Shown here: positions 20,309 to 29,962 of the stretch, piece by piece | How positions within the stretch are numbered: position 1 is the first letter of the stretch | How the letters are laid out: every line of letters begins with the position of its first letter | Source of the DNA: an uncultured Candidatus Binatia bacterium | GTDB lineage: Bacteria > Desulfobacterota > Binatia > Bin18 | Direction: 5' to 3' | Assembly (NCBI GenBank): GCA_965214605.1 | Contig: OZ243961.1 | Coordinates: 2,112,001-2,176,000 of the forward strand | DNA: 64,000 nucleotides | Notes under the pieces: model-generated | What the model was told of the DNA's origin: nothing | Databases searched by the model: none | What the model saw: the letters and a program-made list of their open reading frames with translations, nothing else | Position numbers and translations under genes: made by a program

Positions 20309-20698
20309 TTATTGCAACGCAGTTGGCTCACTCAGGGTGAACTCGGCAATCTGCGCGTCAAACCGCTCTCCTCCGGTAGTCACCATTTGATACGTCCCAT
20401 GCATCGAGCCAAAGGGAGTCGGCAGGGGACAGCCCGAGGTGTATTCAAACGACTGGCCCGGACTGAGGACGGGCTGCTCACCAACCACTCCCGGACCTTT
20501 GACTTCTTCTACATGGCCGGTTGCGTCGGTAATAATCCAGTGGCGGGAGAGTAACTGGGCAGTCTCTTTGCTCTCGTTTGAAATCCGGACCGTGTATAGA
20601 AAGAACCACCGATTCAGCTGCGGCATAGATCGGCTGGGATCATACTGGGTCGTTACACGGACCCGAATACCTTTTGTCATTGCTTCAGATCTCGCCAC
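20309..20698 (-). CDS. apaG: ApaG protein
   Basis: FFLYTVRISN, QLLSRHWIITD, VKGPGVVGEQP, FEYTSGCPL.TPFGSMHGTY. Confidence 0.95.
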   Translation of the reverse strand: MARSEAMTKGIRVRVTTQYDPSRSMPQLNRWFFLYTVRISNESKETAQLLSRHWIITDATGHVEEVKGPGVVGEQPVLSPGQSFEYTSGCPLPTPFGSMHGTYQMVTTGGERFDAQIAEFTLSEPTALQ

Positions 20699-20769
20699 AA
20701 CTCACCTCTTTGCTCGGAGACACTCCCGTTTCATAGCAGCTTAGCGGCTTGTCTGGGAGAGGGGAAACT

Positions 20770-21189
20770 TCAGGTCTTTAGTTGGGCCGCAATGGCCTGG
20801 GCCAGGCGAGCCCCGTCCTCAGTGCGCAATGAGCCAGCCGACCAGTCAATCCCAAGCCCAGACCCGTCAGAGAATTTCGGGATGATATGAAAATGCACGT
20901 GCATGACGGCTTGGTGGGCACTGCCGCCGTTGTTCTGGAGGACATTAAAATCCCGAGCTCCAGTCACCCGTAGCACTGCTCGACTCAGCCGTGGCAAGAC
21001 CCGCCCCAGGGCAGCCGCGGAGTCGTCCGACAACTGATCGAGCGTCTCAGCAGACTCTTTGGGAATGACCAAGGTATGACCTGTGCTGAGCGGACCGATA
21101 TCCAGAAAAGCCAAGACCTTCTCATCCTCGTACACCCGATGACAGGGAATTTCTCCGGCGATAATCCGTGTAAAAATCGTGTCAGGCAT
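20770..21189 (-). CDS. HIT family nucleotide hydrolase
   Basis: IFTRIIAGEIPC, AFLDIGP..GHTLVIPK, histidine triad HVHFHIIP. Confidence 0.93.
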   Translation of the reverse strand: MPDTIFTRIIAGEIPCHRVYEDEKVLAFLDIGPLSTGHTLVIPKESAETLDQLSDDSAAALGRVLPRLSRAVLRVTGARDFNVLQNNGGSAHQAVMHVHFHIIPKFSDGSGLGIDWSAGSLRTEDGARLAQAIAAQLKT

Positions 21190-21192
21190 GGG

Positions 21193-21700
21193 TCAAGAGT
21201 AACCTAAGCTCTCAGAGCAAACCAGCCCCAGACGTATCACGGGGCGAATAACCGTGCCGTTGGGAAACTCCAGGCTCGTCAGCACCCTCACAGACTTAAC
21301 CGTCCGGCGCAAGCCACAACAGGCTCGCCGGCTTGGGCTCTTCGCCGCCAAACAAATCGTACCCAAGATGACCGATGTAAGCCCGCCCTTGGGCATCCGC
21401 CATCATATCGTTGGTATTGCCAACCGCCAGGCTACTCAGGTCAGCGACGGGGGTAAGGCCGTCCCGATCGAGGCGGAGCGGCTGACGGTTTTGTATAGCA
21501 ACAATGAAGAGGCGACCATCGGGTAAAAAACCGAGCCCTGAAGGTCGTTCCGCCACCTCGGCCCCCCCACGTGCATTGCCAGACCGATCAACCGTCAGGA
21601 CCTAACCGGCAAATAAATCCGAAAACGACAACTTGCTGTCGCACCACTGCGGACCCTCTCAGAAGACCTGGCCGTCAGGCAGAATTTCGGGGCGTACCAT
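21193..21700 (-). pseudogene. SMP-30/gluconolactonase family pseudogene
   Basis: RBS plus ATG at 21700 reads MVRPEILPDGQVF*EGPQWCDSKLSFSDLFAG*VLTVD, frameshift, AERPSGLGFLPDGRL...NDMMADAQGRAYIG...APDG*, frameshift, LEFPNGTVI; several stops and 3' truncation. Confidence 0.85.
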
Positions 21701-21716
21701 GCAGTTTCTCCTTTGC

Positions 21717-22514
21717 TCAACGCCCCCGAAAAACCGGCCGGCGCTTTTCCATAAACGCGGCCACGCCCTCTCTATGGTCCTCCGTCTGGCCGCAGCGAAG
21801 ATGCGTCTCGGCCTCGCGGTCTAGCATCGTCCGAAAATCGACCGTGGGAGAGGCGTTAATATTGGCCTTCATATAGCGGTAGCTGACCAGCGGGCCCGAG
21901 GCGATACGCTCGGCGATCGCCATGGCCTCTTCCATCAGCATCTCATGCGGGAAAACCCGATTCACCAGGCCGAGGGTGTGGGCCTCTTGGGCTGAAATCA
22001 TATCTGGGAGAAAGAACAGCTCTTTGGCCTTGGCCTGGCCGACCAGATGCGTCAGTTGCCACGTCGTCCCATAATCTCCTCCGTAGCCAACCCGCGCATA
22101 CGCTGTGCCAAACCGTGCCCGCTCAGACGCCAAGCGCAGATCACACGACAAGGCCAGGCCCAGCCCAGCACCGGCCGTCGGCCCGTTCACGACCGCGAGA
22201 ACCACCTTAGGATAGCTGTACAGCAGCCAGGGTAGGCTATGACTCTGGCGCAGTTGATCAATCTTGTCTTCCAGAGTTGAGGTTTTCCCTCCGATTTCAG
22301 TGCCTTTGTGCATAGCCGCAACATCCCCGCCGGCACAGAATCCGCGACCGGCGCCGGTCAGGATCACCGCCCCCACGTCCTGGTCATGCCTCCATTCTTG
22401 AAGCGTCGCTACCCCAATGTCACCCATTTGGCGGGTCAGGGCATTCAGTTTGTCCGGACGGTTCAAGGTCAGAACGCCGACGCGATTTTTAACACTCACT
22501 TCTATCTCCGCCAT
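21717..22514 (-). CDS. Enoyl-CoA hydratase/isomerase
   Basis: LTLNRPDKLNAL, GRGFCAGGDV, VNGPTAGAGLGLALSCD, EDHREGVAAFMEKR; ATG at 22514 with upstream AGGAGG. Confidence 0.93.
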   Translation of the reverse strand: MAEIEVSVKNRVGVLTLNRPDKLNALTRQMGDIGVATLQEWRHDQDVGAVILTGAGRGFCAGGDVAAMHKGTEIGGKTSTLEDKIDQLRQSHSLPWLLYSYPKVVLAVVNGPTAGAGLGLALSCDLRLASERARFGTAYARVGYGGDYGTTWQLTHLVGQAKAKELFFLPDMISAQEAHTLGLVNRVFPHEMLMEEAMAIAERIASGPLVSYRYMKANINASPTVDFRTMLDREAETHLRCGQTEDHREGVAAFMEKRRPVFRGR

Positions 22515-22622
22515 TCCCTTAACCTCCTTACATGCGAGACGACACACCAAACGCTTGCACTCTAGCGTGTTTTGCGCATAAAGGAAAAGTGCGCAACGGA
22601 GAAAGTCAATAAGGAGGCTCCT

Positions 22623-23249
22623 ATGACTGCTGTTGATTCCCACCGTATTTCGACCGTGGACGAACTTCGAACCATTATTGGCCTGCCCGGCGACCTCGTG
22701 CCCCACAAGCTGTGGACAGCTCTGGACGAAACCTGCGTTGATTTTATTCAGCGCTCACCCTTTTTACTGCTGGCCACCTCCGACGCTGAGGGCGACATAG
22801 ACGTTTCGCCCAAAGGCGACGGCCCCGGCTTTGTTGCCGTAGAAGGTGAAACGACACTGCTCATTCCAGACCGCAGCGGCAACAAGCTAGTCTTTGGCCT
22901 GCAAAATATTCTGGCCAACCCACACGTTGGGCTGATCTTTCTCATTCCCGGCACGGGCGAAACGCTGCGGGTCAACGGCACGGCAGAATTGACCAACGAC
23001 CCGGCCATTCTCGAGCGCCTATCGGCCCGGGGTAAACCGGCCGTTGTTGCCATCCGGGTCAACATCAAAGAAGTCTTTTACCACTGCGCCAAGGCATTTC
23101 TGCGGGCCCAGCTGTGGAAGTCCGAAACCTGGCCGGAAAAGAAAAAACTGTCATTTGGCAAAATCCTGGCCGGCAAAATTGGCGGCAACGACAAGATGGC
23201 CGAGCAGATTGATCAATTTGTGGAGCAGGACTATAAGACGAATTTATAG
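22623..23249 (+). CDS. Pyridoxamine 5'-phosphate oxidase-like FMN-binding protein
   Basis: FIQRSPF, DVSPKGDGPGFV, IPDRSGN, GLIFLIPG.GETLRVNG, HCAKAF.R; AGGAGG RBS. Confidence 0.9.
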   Translation: MTAVDSHRISTVDELRTIIGLPGDLVPHKLWTALDETCVDFIQRSPFLLLATSDAEGDIDVSPKGDGPGFVAVEGETTLLIPDRSGNKLVFGLQNILANPHVGLIFLIPGTGETLRVNGTAELTNDPAILERLSARGKPAVVAIRVNIKEVFYHCAKAFLRAQLWKSETWPEKKKLSFGKILAGKIGGNDKMAEQIDQFVEQDYKTNL

Positions 23250-23290
23250 AACTGGCCTGGGCGAGAATTCCTCACAAGAAGAAAGCGTCA

Positions 23291-23872
23291 ATGCGCAGTC
23301 ACTTCTTTGCCTACCTGTCGCGTATGAAATTCATCCGTCGCTGGGGACTGATGCACAGCACCTACCCGGAGAACATCCAGGAACACAGTTCCCAGGTGGC
23401 GCTGGTGGCCCATGCTCTGGCCATCATTCACAACCGAGTGTTTTCTGGTCGGGTCAACCCTGACCGGGTGGCGACCCTGGCTCTGTATCATGATGCTGGT
23501 GAGGTCCTGACCGGCGATCTGCCCACCCCGGTGAAATACTTCAACCCCGATATCAAGACCGCCTATCGTGCCATTGAACAGACCGCCAATATGAAGCTGC
23601 TGAGTATGGTCCCGGTCGAACTCCAAGCGGATTATCAGGCCTTCTTTCAGCCCCAGGCAGCGGATGCCCGCTGCCTCGCACTGGTCAAGGCAGCCGATAA
23701 ACTGTGCGCCTACATGAAATGCGTTCAAGAGGTCAGCGTGGGCAACAAAGAGTTCAGCCAAGCCGAAAAGACACTTAGAGCGGCGGTGGAAAGCCTGCAG
23801 GTCCCCGAAGTACGCTATTTCCTCGACACCTTCGCGCCGAGTTTTAAGCTGACCCTCGACGAACTCAACTAA
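23291..23872 (+). CDS. yfbR: 5'-deoxynucleotidase YfbR (HD domain)
   Basis: SHFFAYLSRMKFI.RW.LM, ENIQEHS, LYHDAGEVLTGDLPTPVKY, VKAADKLCAY. Confidence 0.93.
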   Translation: MRSHFFAYLSRMKFIRRWGLMHSTYPENIQEHSSQVALVAHALAIIHNRVFSGRVNPDRVATLALYHDAGEVLTGDLPTPVKYFNPDIKTAYRAIEQTANMKLLSMVPVELQADYQAFFQPQAADARCLALVKAADKLCAYMKCVQEVSVGNKEFSQAEKTLRAAVESLQVPEVRYFLDTFAPSFKLTLDELN

Positions 23873-24416
23873 GCTTGCCAAGCAGGATGTCTTGCAGGCT
23901 ATAGCGGTCCTGGAACTCGACCAGCGCCGTCTCAAACGCGGAATCTAGGTCGGCGCTCAGGTTGGTGTTCGACACGGTCCGCTTGAGGTGCGAAATCCAG
24001 TCCTGCCACTCGGCGCGCTGATCGTCATCTTGGGGGAGGGTAGTGGTATAGTGAGTTGTACAGTCGGCGCTCAGGAAAATTACGGCCAAGCGCTCCTGGC
24101 GGGGTAATTTATCCAACAGCGCGACATCCGCGGCCCGGCGCGGGTTCAGGAAGAACACCCCGGCTTTTGTCTCACCGAAGCTCGGGTACAACTGATAGGC
24201 AATGGCCGCCAGCCACACGCCCTGGCCACTCTGCCAGGTACACAGAGACACAGCGAGCGGAAGATCCGTCTCCACAAACCATTCTAGCTCCTCAACCCGA
24301 ACGACGAGAGCCAGTTCGTCGGTCCCGTCTCGATCAAGGAAGCGGACCGAATACAAGGGTTCGTCCTGAAGCAGTAGCCAACTGTCTCGGCTGATCACAA
24401 CGCCCGTTTTCTCCAT
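23865..24416 (-). CDS. Hypothetical protein
   Basis: 183-aa protein-like ORF with ATG at 24416, convergent with yfbR; no motif recognised. Confidence 0.65.
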   Translation of the reverse strand: MEKTGVVISRDSWLLLQDEPLYSVRFLDRDGTDELALVVRVEELEWFVETDLPLAVSLCTWQSGQGVWLAAIAYQLYPSFGETKAGVFFLNPRRAADVALLDKLPRQERLAVIFLSADCTTHYTTTLPQDDDQRAEWQDWISHLKRTVSNTNLSADLDSAFETALVEFQDRYSLQDILLGKLS

Positions 24417-24903
24417 TGGTGGGCCTTCCTCTATCCTTTTTGAGCGCTCTCGATCATGTATCCGGGAAAGAAGGAGTACAGCATAGGGCCAACGCGGCAA
24501 TCCTTACCATTGGCTCGGCACTCTTGCCAGGCCGGATCGTGGACACGAACTCGGCCTGGGATGGCCGGACGTCTGACCGACATCGGGGTCAATCTTTTTA
24601 CAAGACGATTGTGGACGATAAGCCGGATCAGACAAAAGTTGTCTCGAAGGGCTGATTGCCAGCAGCCTACCGGCACCGCACCGGCTCTTAGTCGGCAGAC
24701 ATGGTGAAAGCGACTGAACCGCTTGCTCGCCCGAGTCGTCCGGATACGCGCCAGCAGCGATCTCGGCTTGGCGATCTCCTCCCTGCCTGATCGAGCCGAT
24801 AGGTCTGAAAATCCAGCCCGAGGTTGGACATTCTTAGCCACAACCGCAAACATTTTAGAATCCGCCCCTATACTACGGAGGCCAGACCGGACTCGGCTGA
24901 GCT

Positions 24904-25911
24904 TTAACCTCCCGTTCTTGGCACATGTGGCTCCGTCAGGGGGCGTGAGCGGACCGCTTCCAAAAGATTGGCCAGCTTACGGGCCGCACTGCGGCCAGGC
25001 TGCTGCGCCCAGCGAGTGGCAACACCGCCTTTTCCTCCCACAGCTGTGAGTCCGATCCGGCCAAGCTCATGGCGCAGCTCAGCGACGGCCCAGACAATTT
25101 CCTGCTCTGCTCGTTGTAAGCCGAGCATTCGATTTGCTTGGAGATACTGGTAGTGATCAGCAATTGCCGCCTCCAGCCGGTCAAGATTCATGTTACTCAG
25201 GGCGCTGACGGCCAGAACAGGAGTTGACCAGCCAGATGCATCCGAGCGTGGTTCAATCGCTAAAGCGGACCTGACCTCAGCGACGGCTCTATCGGCCAAG
25301 GCCGCATCGTCGGCCTTATTGACGGCTAAGATATCCGGAATTTCCATCACTCCGGCTTTGATAAACTGTAGCACATCACCGGAAAAGGGCTGAACGACCA
25401 CCACTACGGTATCGGCAATATTGGCAATGTCGGTCTCACTCTGCCCAACTCCGACCGTTTCGACCAAGACGACATCACAGATATGACGCAGTAAAAAAAC
25501 GGCAAAAAACGCCTCTCGGCTTAAACCACCCAGCCGGTCACGAGCGGCAAAGCTGCGGACATATACCGTGGCCGCGGGCGGAATTTGCATCCGGCTGCGG
25601 TCGCCCAACAACGCCCCCCCAGAAACCTTGCTTGATGGATCAACTGCAACGACGCCAAGCCGACACTTGGCTTGGACGGATCGCGCAATCAGACGCGCAA
25701 TCAGTGAGCTTTTGCCAACCCCAGGCGGACCGGTCATCCCGACCACCTGGGCCGGGGCCGACAGAGCCGCTATGTCGTCAAGCAGAGCCAGGGCGTGTTC
25801 TTGGCGCTCGGGGCGATGATCTTCGAGCAGGTTGAGCGCAGCCGCTATTGCTTTTCGTTCAAAATTCAGGAGGGCTTGAAGGTCGATGGCACGGACAGGA
25901 GGAATGGGCAT
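24904..25911 (-). CDS. meaB: MeaB/ArgK GTPase, chaperone of B12-dependent mutases
   Basis: GMTGPPGVGKSSL, AVDPSS..SGGALLGDR.RM, VETVGVGQSE, IKAGVMEI.D..VNKAD. Confidence 0.93.
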   Translation of the reverse strand: MPIPPVRAIDLQALLNFERKAIAAALNLLEDHRPERQEHALALLDDIAALSAPAQVVGMTGPPGVGKSSLIARLIARSVQAKCRLGVVAVDPSSKVSGGALLGDRSRMQIPPAATVYVRSFAARDRLGGLSREAFFAVFLLRHICDVVLVETVGVGQSETDIANIADTVVVVVQPFSGDVLQFIKAGVMEIPDILAVNKADDAALADRAVAEVRSALAIEPRSDASGWSTPVLAVSALSNMNLDRLEAAIADHYQYLQANRMLGLQRAEQEIVWAVAELRHELGRIGLTAVGGKGGVATRWAQQPGRSAARKLANLLEAVRSRPLTEPHVPRTGG

Positions 25912-25917
25912 ATATGT

Positions 25918-27894
25918 CTACCAACCCGCCTCTTCGGCCATCTCGACCATATCCGACACAATTTGGACCATATCAAAGTCTTTCGGCGTATACACACGTG
26001 CCACTCCGGCTCGACATAGGGACTCGGCGTCATCCTCGGGAATAATCCCGCCCACCACAACCGGCACGTGGCCGAGCCCTTCGGCTTTGAGGCCGTTGAG
26101 GATTTCCGGGACCAAGCGCAGATGTGATCCAGATAAGACGCTCAGACCAATGATATGCACGCCTTCATCGCGGGCACTAGCGACGATTTGGTCTGGGGTG
26201 AGTCGAATCCCTTCATACACCACTTCCATACCCGCATCCCGACACCACACCGCGACCTGCTCGGCGCCGTTGGAATGGCCGTCCAGACCGGGCTTGCCGA
26301 CCAAGACTCTAAGCGGCCGACCCAGTACCTCGGCCGAACGGCAGACACGCGTGCGGACGGCTTCCAGCGGATCGGCCTTGGTCCCCTCGACCCGATGCGC
26401 GACCGGAGCCATGCCAACGCCGGTCGGAGCCCGGAATACGCCAAAGACCTCCCGCAGTATGCTCGTCCACTCACCAGTTGTGACTCCAGCATGGGCACAC
26501 CGAATCGAGGCAGGCATAATGTTCGCCCCGCCGCTCGCGGCATCGGATAAACCGGTCAGCGCAGCCTCCACCTCAGCCTGGCTCCGAGCCTTCCGAAACG
26601 CGCTCAAGCGCTCGATTTGATCTCGTTCAGCCGCTTCGTCAACCTTAAGAATAGCGGAGGACTCACCATTATACAGCGGCGACGGTGCGGTCTCAGTGAA
26701 GGCGTTCACCCCAACGACGAGCTGCTCCTTGGCATTAACCCGTCGCACACGCTCGGTATGGCTGGCTACTAGCTGCTCCTTGACAGAATCCAGGGCCGCG
26801 ATCACCCCACCCATGTCCAACACGCGCTCAAGCTCTTGGCAGGCCGCGGCTTTCATGGCGTCGGTCTTACTTTCAATGACCGTGCTGCCCTCAAAGATAT
26901 CCCCGTACTCAAGGATATCGGTCTCAAAGGCCAAGATTTGTTGAATCCGCAGACTCCACTGCTGGTCCCACGGCCGGGGCAAGCCCAGAGCCTCATTCCA
27001 GGTCGGCAGCTGCATGGCCCGGCAACGAGCGTCTTTGCTGAGGGTAACGCCCAAGGCTTCTAAGACGATGCGAGGGACGTTGTTCTCAGGCTGCGCCTCC
27101 GTCAGACCCAAAGAATTGACCTGCACGCCGTAGCGAAAACGGCGCAGCTTTGGTTCCGTGACCCCGTAGCGGTCACGGGCCACGGCATTCCACAACTGCC
27201 CAAAGGCGCGCAATTTACAGACCTCCTCAATGAACCGGACGCTGGCGTTGACAAAGAAACTCATCCGGCCAACCGCCGCAGCCAGCTGATCGGCGCCGAG
27301 TTGATCAGAATCGCGCACCGTATCAAGAATAGCAATCGCCGTACTGAGCGCATACGCAACCTCCTGGACCGGCGTCGCTCCGGCTTCCTGTAGATGGTAG
27401 GAACAGACATTGACCGGGTTCCATTTGGGAACGTGGGCCACGGTGTAGGTGATGATATCGCTGATCAGACGCAAGCTGGGCTGGGGCGGAAAAATATACG
27501 TCCCGCGTGACAGATATTCCTTGACAATGTCGTTCTGGGTCGTACCCTGGAGCGCGGTCTGAGCTATGCCGCGACGCTCGGCCAGAGCTATATACAGCGC
27601 TAACAGCCAGGCAGCCGTGGCGTTGATTGTCATCGAGGTATTCATCTGCCCGAGCGGGATTTCATAGAACAGCGTCTCCATATCGTCCAAATGGCAGATC
27701 GGTACGCCAACTTTTCCGACCTCACCTCGGGCCAGACTATGATCGCTGTCATAGCCGGTTTGGGTCGGTAGATCGAAGGCGACCGACAGGCCGGTCTGGC
27801 CCTTGCTCAGGTTCAGACGATACAGTTCATTACTGGCCTTTGCCGTTGAGTGACCGGAGTAAGTGCGCATGACCCAGGGTTTGTCTCGTTGCAT
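25918..27894 (-). CDS. ecm: Ethylmalonyl-CoA mutase (MeaA/Ecm), AdoCbl-dependent
   Basis: MQRDKPWVMRTYSGHS..SNELYR.NL.KGQTGLSVAFDLPTQTGYD, RYGVQVNSLGLTE.QPENN, B12 motif GKPGLDGHSNG; ATG at 27894. Confidence 0.92.
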   Translation of the reverse strand: MQRDKPWVMRTYSGHSTAKASNELYRLNLSKGQTGLSVAFDLPTQTGYDSDHSLARGEVGKVGVPICHLDDMETLFYEIPLGQMNTSMTINATAAWLLALYIALAERRGIAQTALQGTTQNDIVKEYLSRGTYIFPPQPSLRLISDIITYTVAHVPKWNPVNVCSYHLQEAGATPVQEVAYALSTAIAILDTVRDSDQLGADQLAAAVGRMSFFVNASVRFIEEVCKLRAFGQLWNAVARDRYGVTEPKLRRFRYGVQVNSLGLTEAQPENNVPRIVLEALGVTLSKDARCRAMQLPTWNEALGLPRPWDQQWSLRIQQILAFETDILEYGDIFEGSTVIESKTDAMKAAACQELERVLDMGGVIAALDSVKEQLVASHTERVRRVNAKEQLVVGVNAFTETAPSPLYNGESSAILKVDEAAERDQIERLSAFRKARSQAEVEAALTGLSDAASGGANIMPASIRCAHAGVTTGEWTSILREVFGVFRAPTGVGMAPVAHRVEGTKADPLEAVRTRVCRSAEVLGRPLRVLVGKPGLDGHSNGAEQVAVWCRDAGMEVVYEGIRLTPDQIVASARDEGVHIIGLSVLSGSHLRLVPEILNGLKAEGLGHVPVVVGGIIPEDDAESLCRAGVARVYTPKDFDMVQIVSDMVEMAEEAGW

Positions 27895-27934
27895 TCGTGG
27901 GTGTCCTTGAGGGTGTTCGAAGAGGAGTGGGGCT

Positions 27935-28768
27935 TCAGCGTGACAACAGCTGGAGCAGCACGCCATGGGTATGCCTGGGACTGATCATGGCCATATCACC
28001 AGCTGTGCCTCGAATCACATTGGCTTTGATCCCTCTGCTGGTCAGGGCCTGGAGCGCGCCCTCTAGATGATCAACGTCTAGCGACAGCAGGTACATGCCC
28101 TCGCCCTTTTTGTCGATGAACTGGCCGATTGGGCTTTTGTCTCCCAGGGGGGTGACGATTTCGATTTTCGCATCCCCAATTGGCAAAAACGTATTGCGCA
28201 GCCCTAAAACCGGTACGTCCTTGGCTGCTTCCCGCTCAAGCCTAAAATTGTGCTGATAGGTCGCAACCGCCCCCTCGAGGTCCTTGACCGCAATCACCAC
28301 ATGATCGATCCGTTTGGTGGTGAAAGGCCGGTCTCGTCCTTGGCTCAGCAGAGACGCGTGCTCGGAATGATCGACCGGTTGGACGTATTCGACCAGGACA
28401 CTGCAACACGCCTGGGGGTGCAGAAAAGCGATGATCCCAGCCAGGCCGTTGCGAGGCTGCTGGTCAATCAGCCGGAGCCCCTTGTCTTTGGCCTCTTGGA
28501 GCTCGGTTTCGATATTGTCGGTCTCGAAACACACATGATGCAGCCCGCCGCCCTTTTTCTCCAGGAATCTGGCGACCCCGGAATCCGGAGTAATCGGCTC
28601 AAGCAACTCAATTTCACTGTCCCCAACAGGCAGCAGGGCGGCTTTGACGCCCTGGTCTTCTAGAGTCGCCGTTTTGCCCAGTGACAGCCCAAGGGTATCG
28701 CGATAAAACGGGTAGGCGTCTTCAAGATGACGGACAACAATGCCAACGTGGTGAATTTTTGACAGCAC
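27935..28768 (-). CDS. mce: Methylmalonyl/ethylmalonyl-CoA epimerase with a second VOC domain
   Basis: IHHVGIVV, IELLEP, FLEKKGGGLHHVCF, IAFLHP; second repeat IDHVVIAV...KKGEGMY. Confidence 0.85.
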   Translation of the reverse strand: MLSKIHHVGIVVRHLEDAYPFYRDTLGLSLGKTATLEDQGVKAALLPVGDSEIELLEPITPDSGVARFLEKKGGGLHHVCFETDNIETELQEAKDKGLRLIDQQPRNGLAGIIAFLHPQACCSVLVEYVQPVDHSEHASLLSQGRDRPFTTKRIDHVVIAVKDLEGAVATYQHNFRLEREAAKDVPVLGLRNTFLPIGDAKIEIVTPLGDKSPIGQFIDKKGEGMYLLSLDVDHLEGALQALTSRGIKANVIRGTAGDMAMISPRHTHGVLLQLLSR

Positions 28769-28779
28769 TGTACTCTCTC

Positions 28780-29817
28780 CTACCCGACCCGTCTCATCTG
28801 CTCTAGAATATCGTAGCCGGTAATGGCCTTGCTCTTAGCCGCCTGTTCCGCCAGATAGGCCTGCTCAACCGTACCGGCCTGGGCAGCTTTTGCCAGATCC
28901 ATCAGAGCGATCTTGACCGTTGCTTCATCAATCATCTCTCCCGTCTGAGGGTCGGGCATTGAACCGCCGCCCTTCTCATGGTAGAGATCAAGGACACGGG
29001 TGGCATAGCCAACCTGCTCCTCGGTAGGAGTAAAGCAAGCGTTGGCGATGGCGGCCTGTTGAGGGTGGATGACCCAGGTGCCGTCCATACCGATGTTGGC
29101 CGACCCAACATTTTTCTCGCGTAGGCCGGTCTTGATCTCAGTAACTTTTTCGGGCGGATCGTCTCTGCGCCACAGCGGCAAATAGACATTGTCAATGGCG
29201 TGCAGCCCGGCCGCTTTAGCAGCGACTACGACAGCCTGCTTGGAGTAGTGAAAGTTGATGTTTTGATCTTTGACGATATCCCGAATCCCAAGGGTAGCGG
29301 CAAAGTCGGCAATCCCAAAAATCAGCCCAGCCATCCGGTCTGAGGCGCTGGCGATGTCGTAGGCCCTGACCACGGCCTGGGGGATTTCGATCAGCGCTTC
29401 GATCTGAATCCGGCTCTTCCAGCCCGCCTGTTTCTCCAGAGTATTCAGCAAGCTGGACACATATTTAATGTCATCCGACCCGTGGACTTTGGGGAGAACA
29501 AGACCGTGGAACTTGTCCACCGCCCCCAGCACAATCGCCTCTAAGTCCCCCAGGAAGAACTCTGAACGGATATTATTGGGCCGCACGGTCACGACTTTTT
29601 TACCAAAATTCAAAGTATTGAGCGCCTCCACAACACACGCACGGCTCTGGGGACCTTTGAACTCGTAGGGGCAGGCGTCCTCGAAGTCCATCATCACATG
29701 ATCAACCGGTGATTTGACCGGATCGGCCGCGTTCTGGTGAAGCTTCATCCTGTGACCGGGATAGGTCATCTCGGTCCGTGGGATAACAAAACGGTTGCCT
29801 TCATCGAGCACAAACAT
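28780..29817 (-). CDS. CitE/malyl-CoA lyase family CoA-ester lyase
   Basis: MMDFEDAC, TVRPN, LVLPKV, ALIE, FGIADF, GTWVIHPQQ, MIDEAT; operonic with the epimerase and ecm. Confidence 0.85.
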   Translation of the reverse strand: MFVLDEGNRFVIPRTEMTYPGHRMKLHQNAADPVKSPVDHVMMDFEDACPYEFKGPQSRACVVEALNTLNFGKKVVTVRPNNIRSEFFLGDLEAIVLGAVDKFHGLVLPKVHGSDDIKYVSSLLNTLEKQAGWKSRIQIEALIEIPQAVVRAYDIASASDRMAGLIFGIADFAATLGIRDIVKDQNINFHYSKQAVVVAAKAAGLHAIDNVYLPLWRRDDPPEKVTEIKTGLREKNVGSANIGMDGTWVIHPQQAAIANACFTPTEEQVGYATRVLDLYHEKGGGSMPDPQTGEMIDEATVKIALMDLAKAAQAGTVEQAYLAEQAAKSKAITGYDILEQMRRVG

Positions 29818-29962
29818 GGAATCCCCCTGTATGTCAGTAGTAGTAATAGAGGAATCTTGTTTAGCAGATTCGTGCCTGCTTCCCAACTGCCCTAGCCCAG
29901 ATTCAGAGTGGATGGTATGGCTGTGCGGTCACCCCTAGTAGATCCGCGTTAAGGAGATCCGT

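Noticed and set aside
24500-24900. Hairpin CCAGGCCG...CGGCCTGG and a possible cobalamin riboswitch near the B12 mutase operon
   Set aside because: It lies downstream of the operon and no B12-box consensus is recognisable; a single hairpin is expected by chance at this GC content
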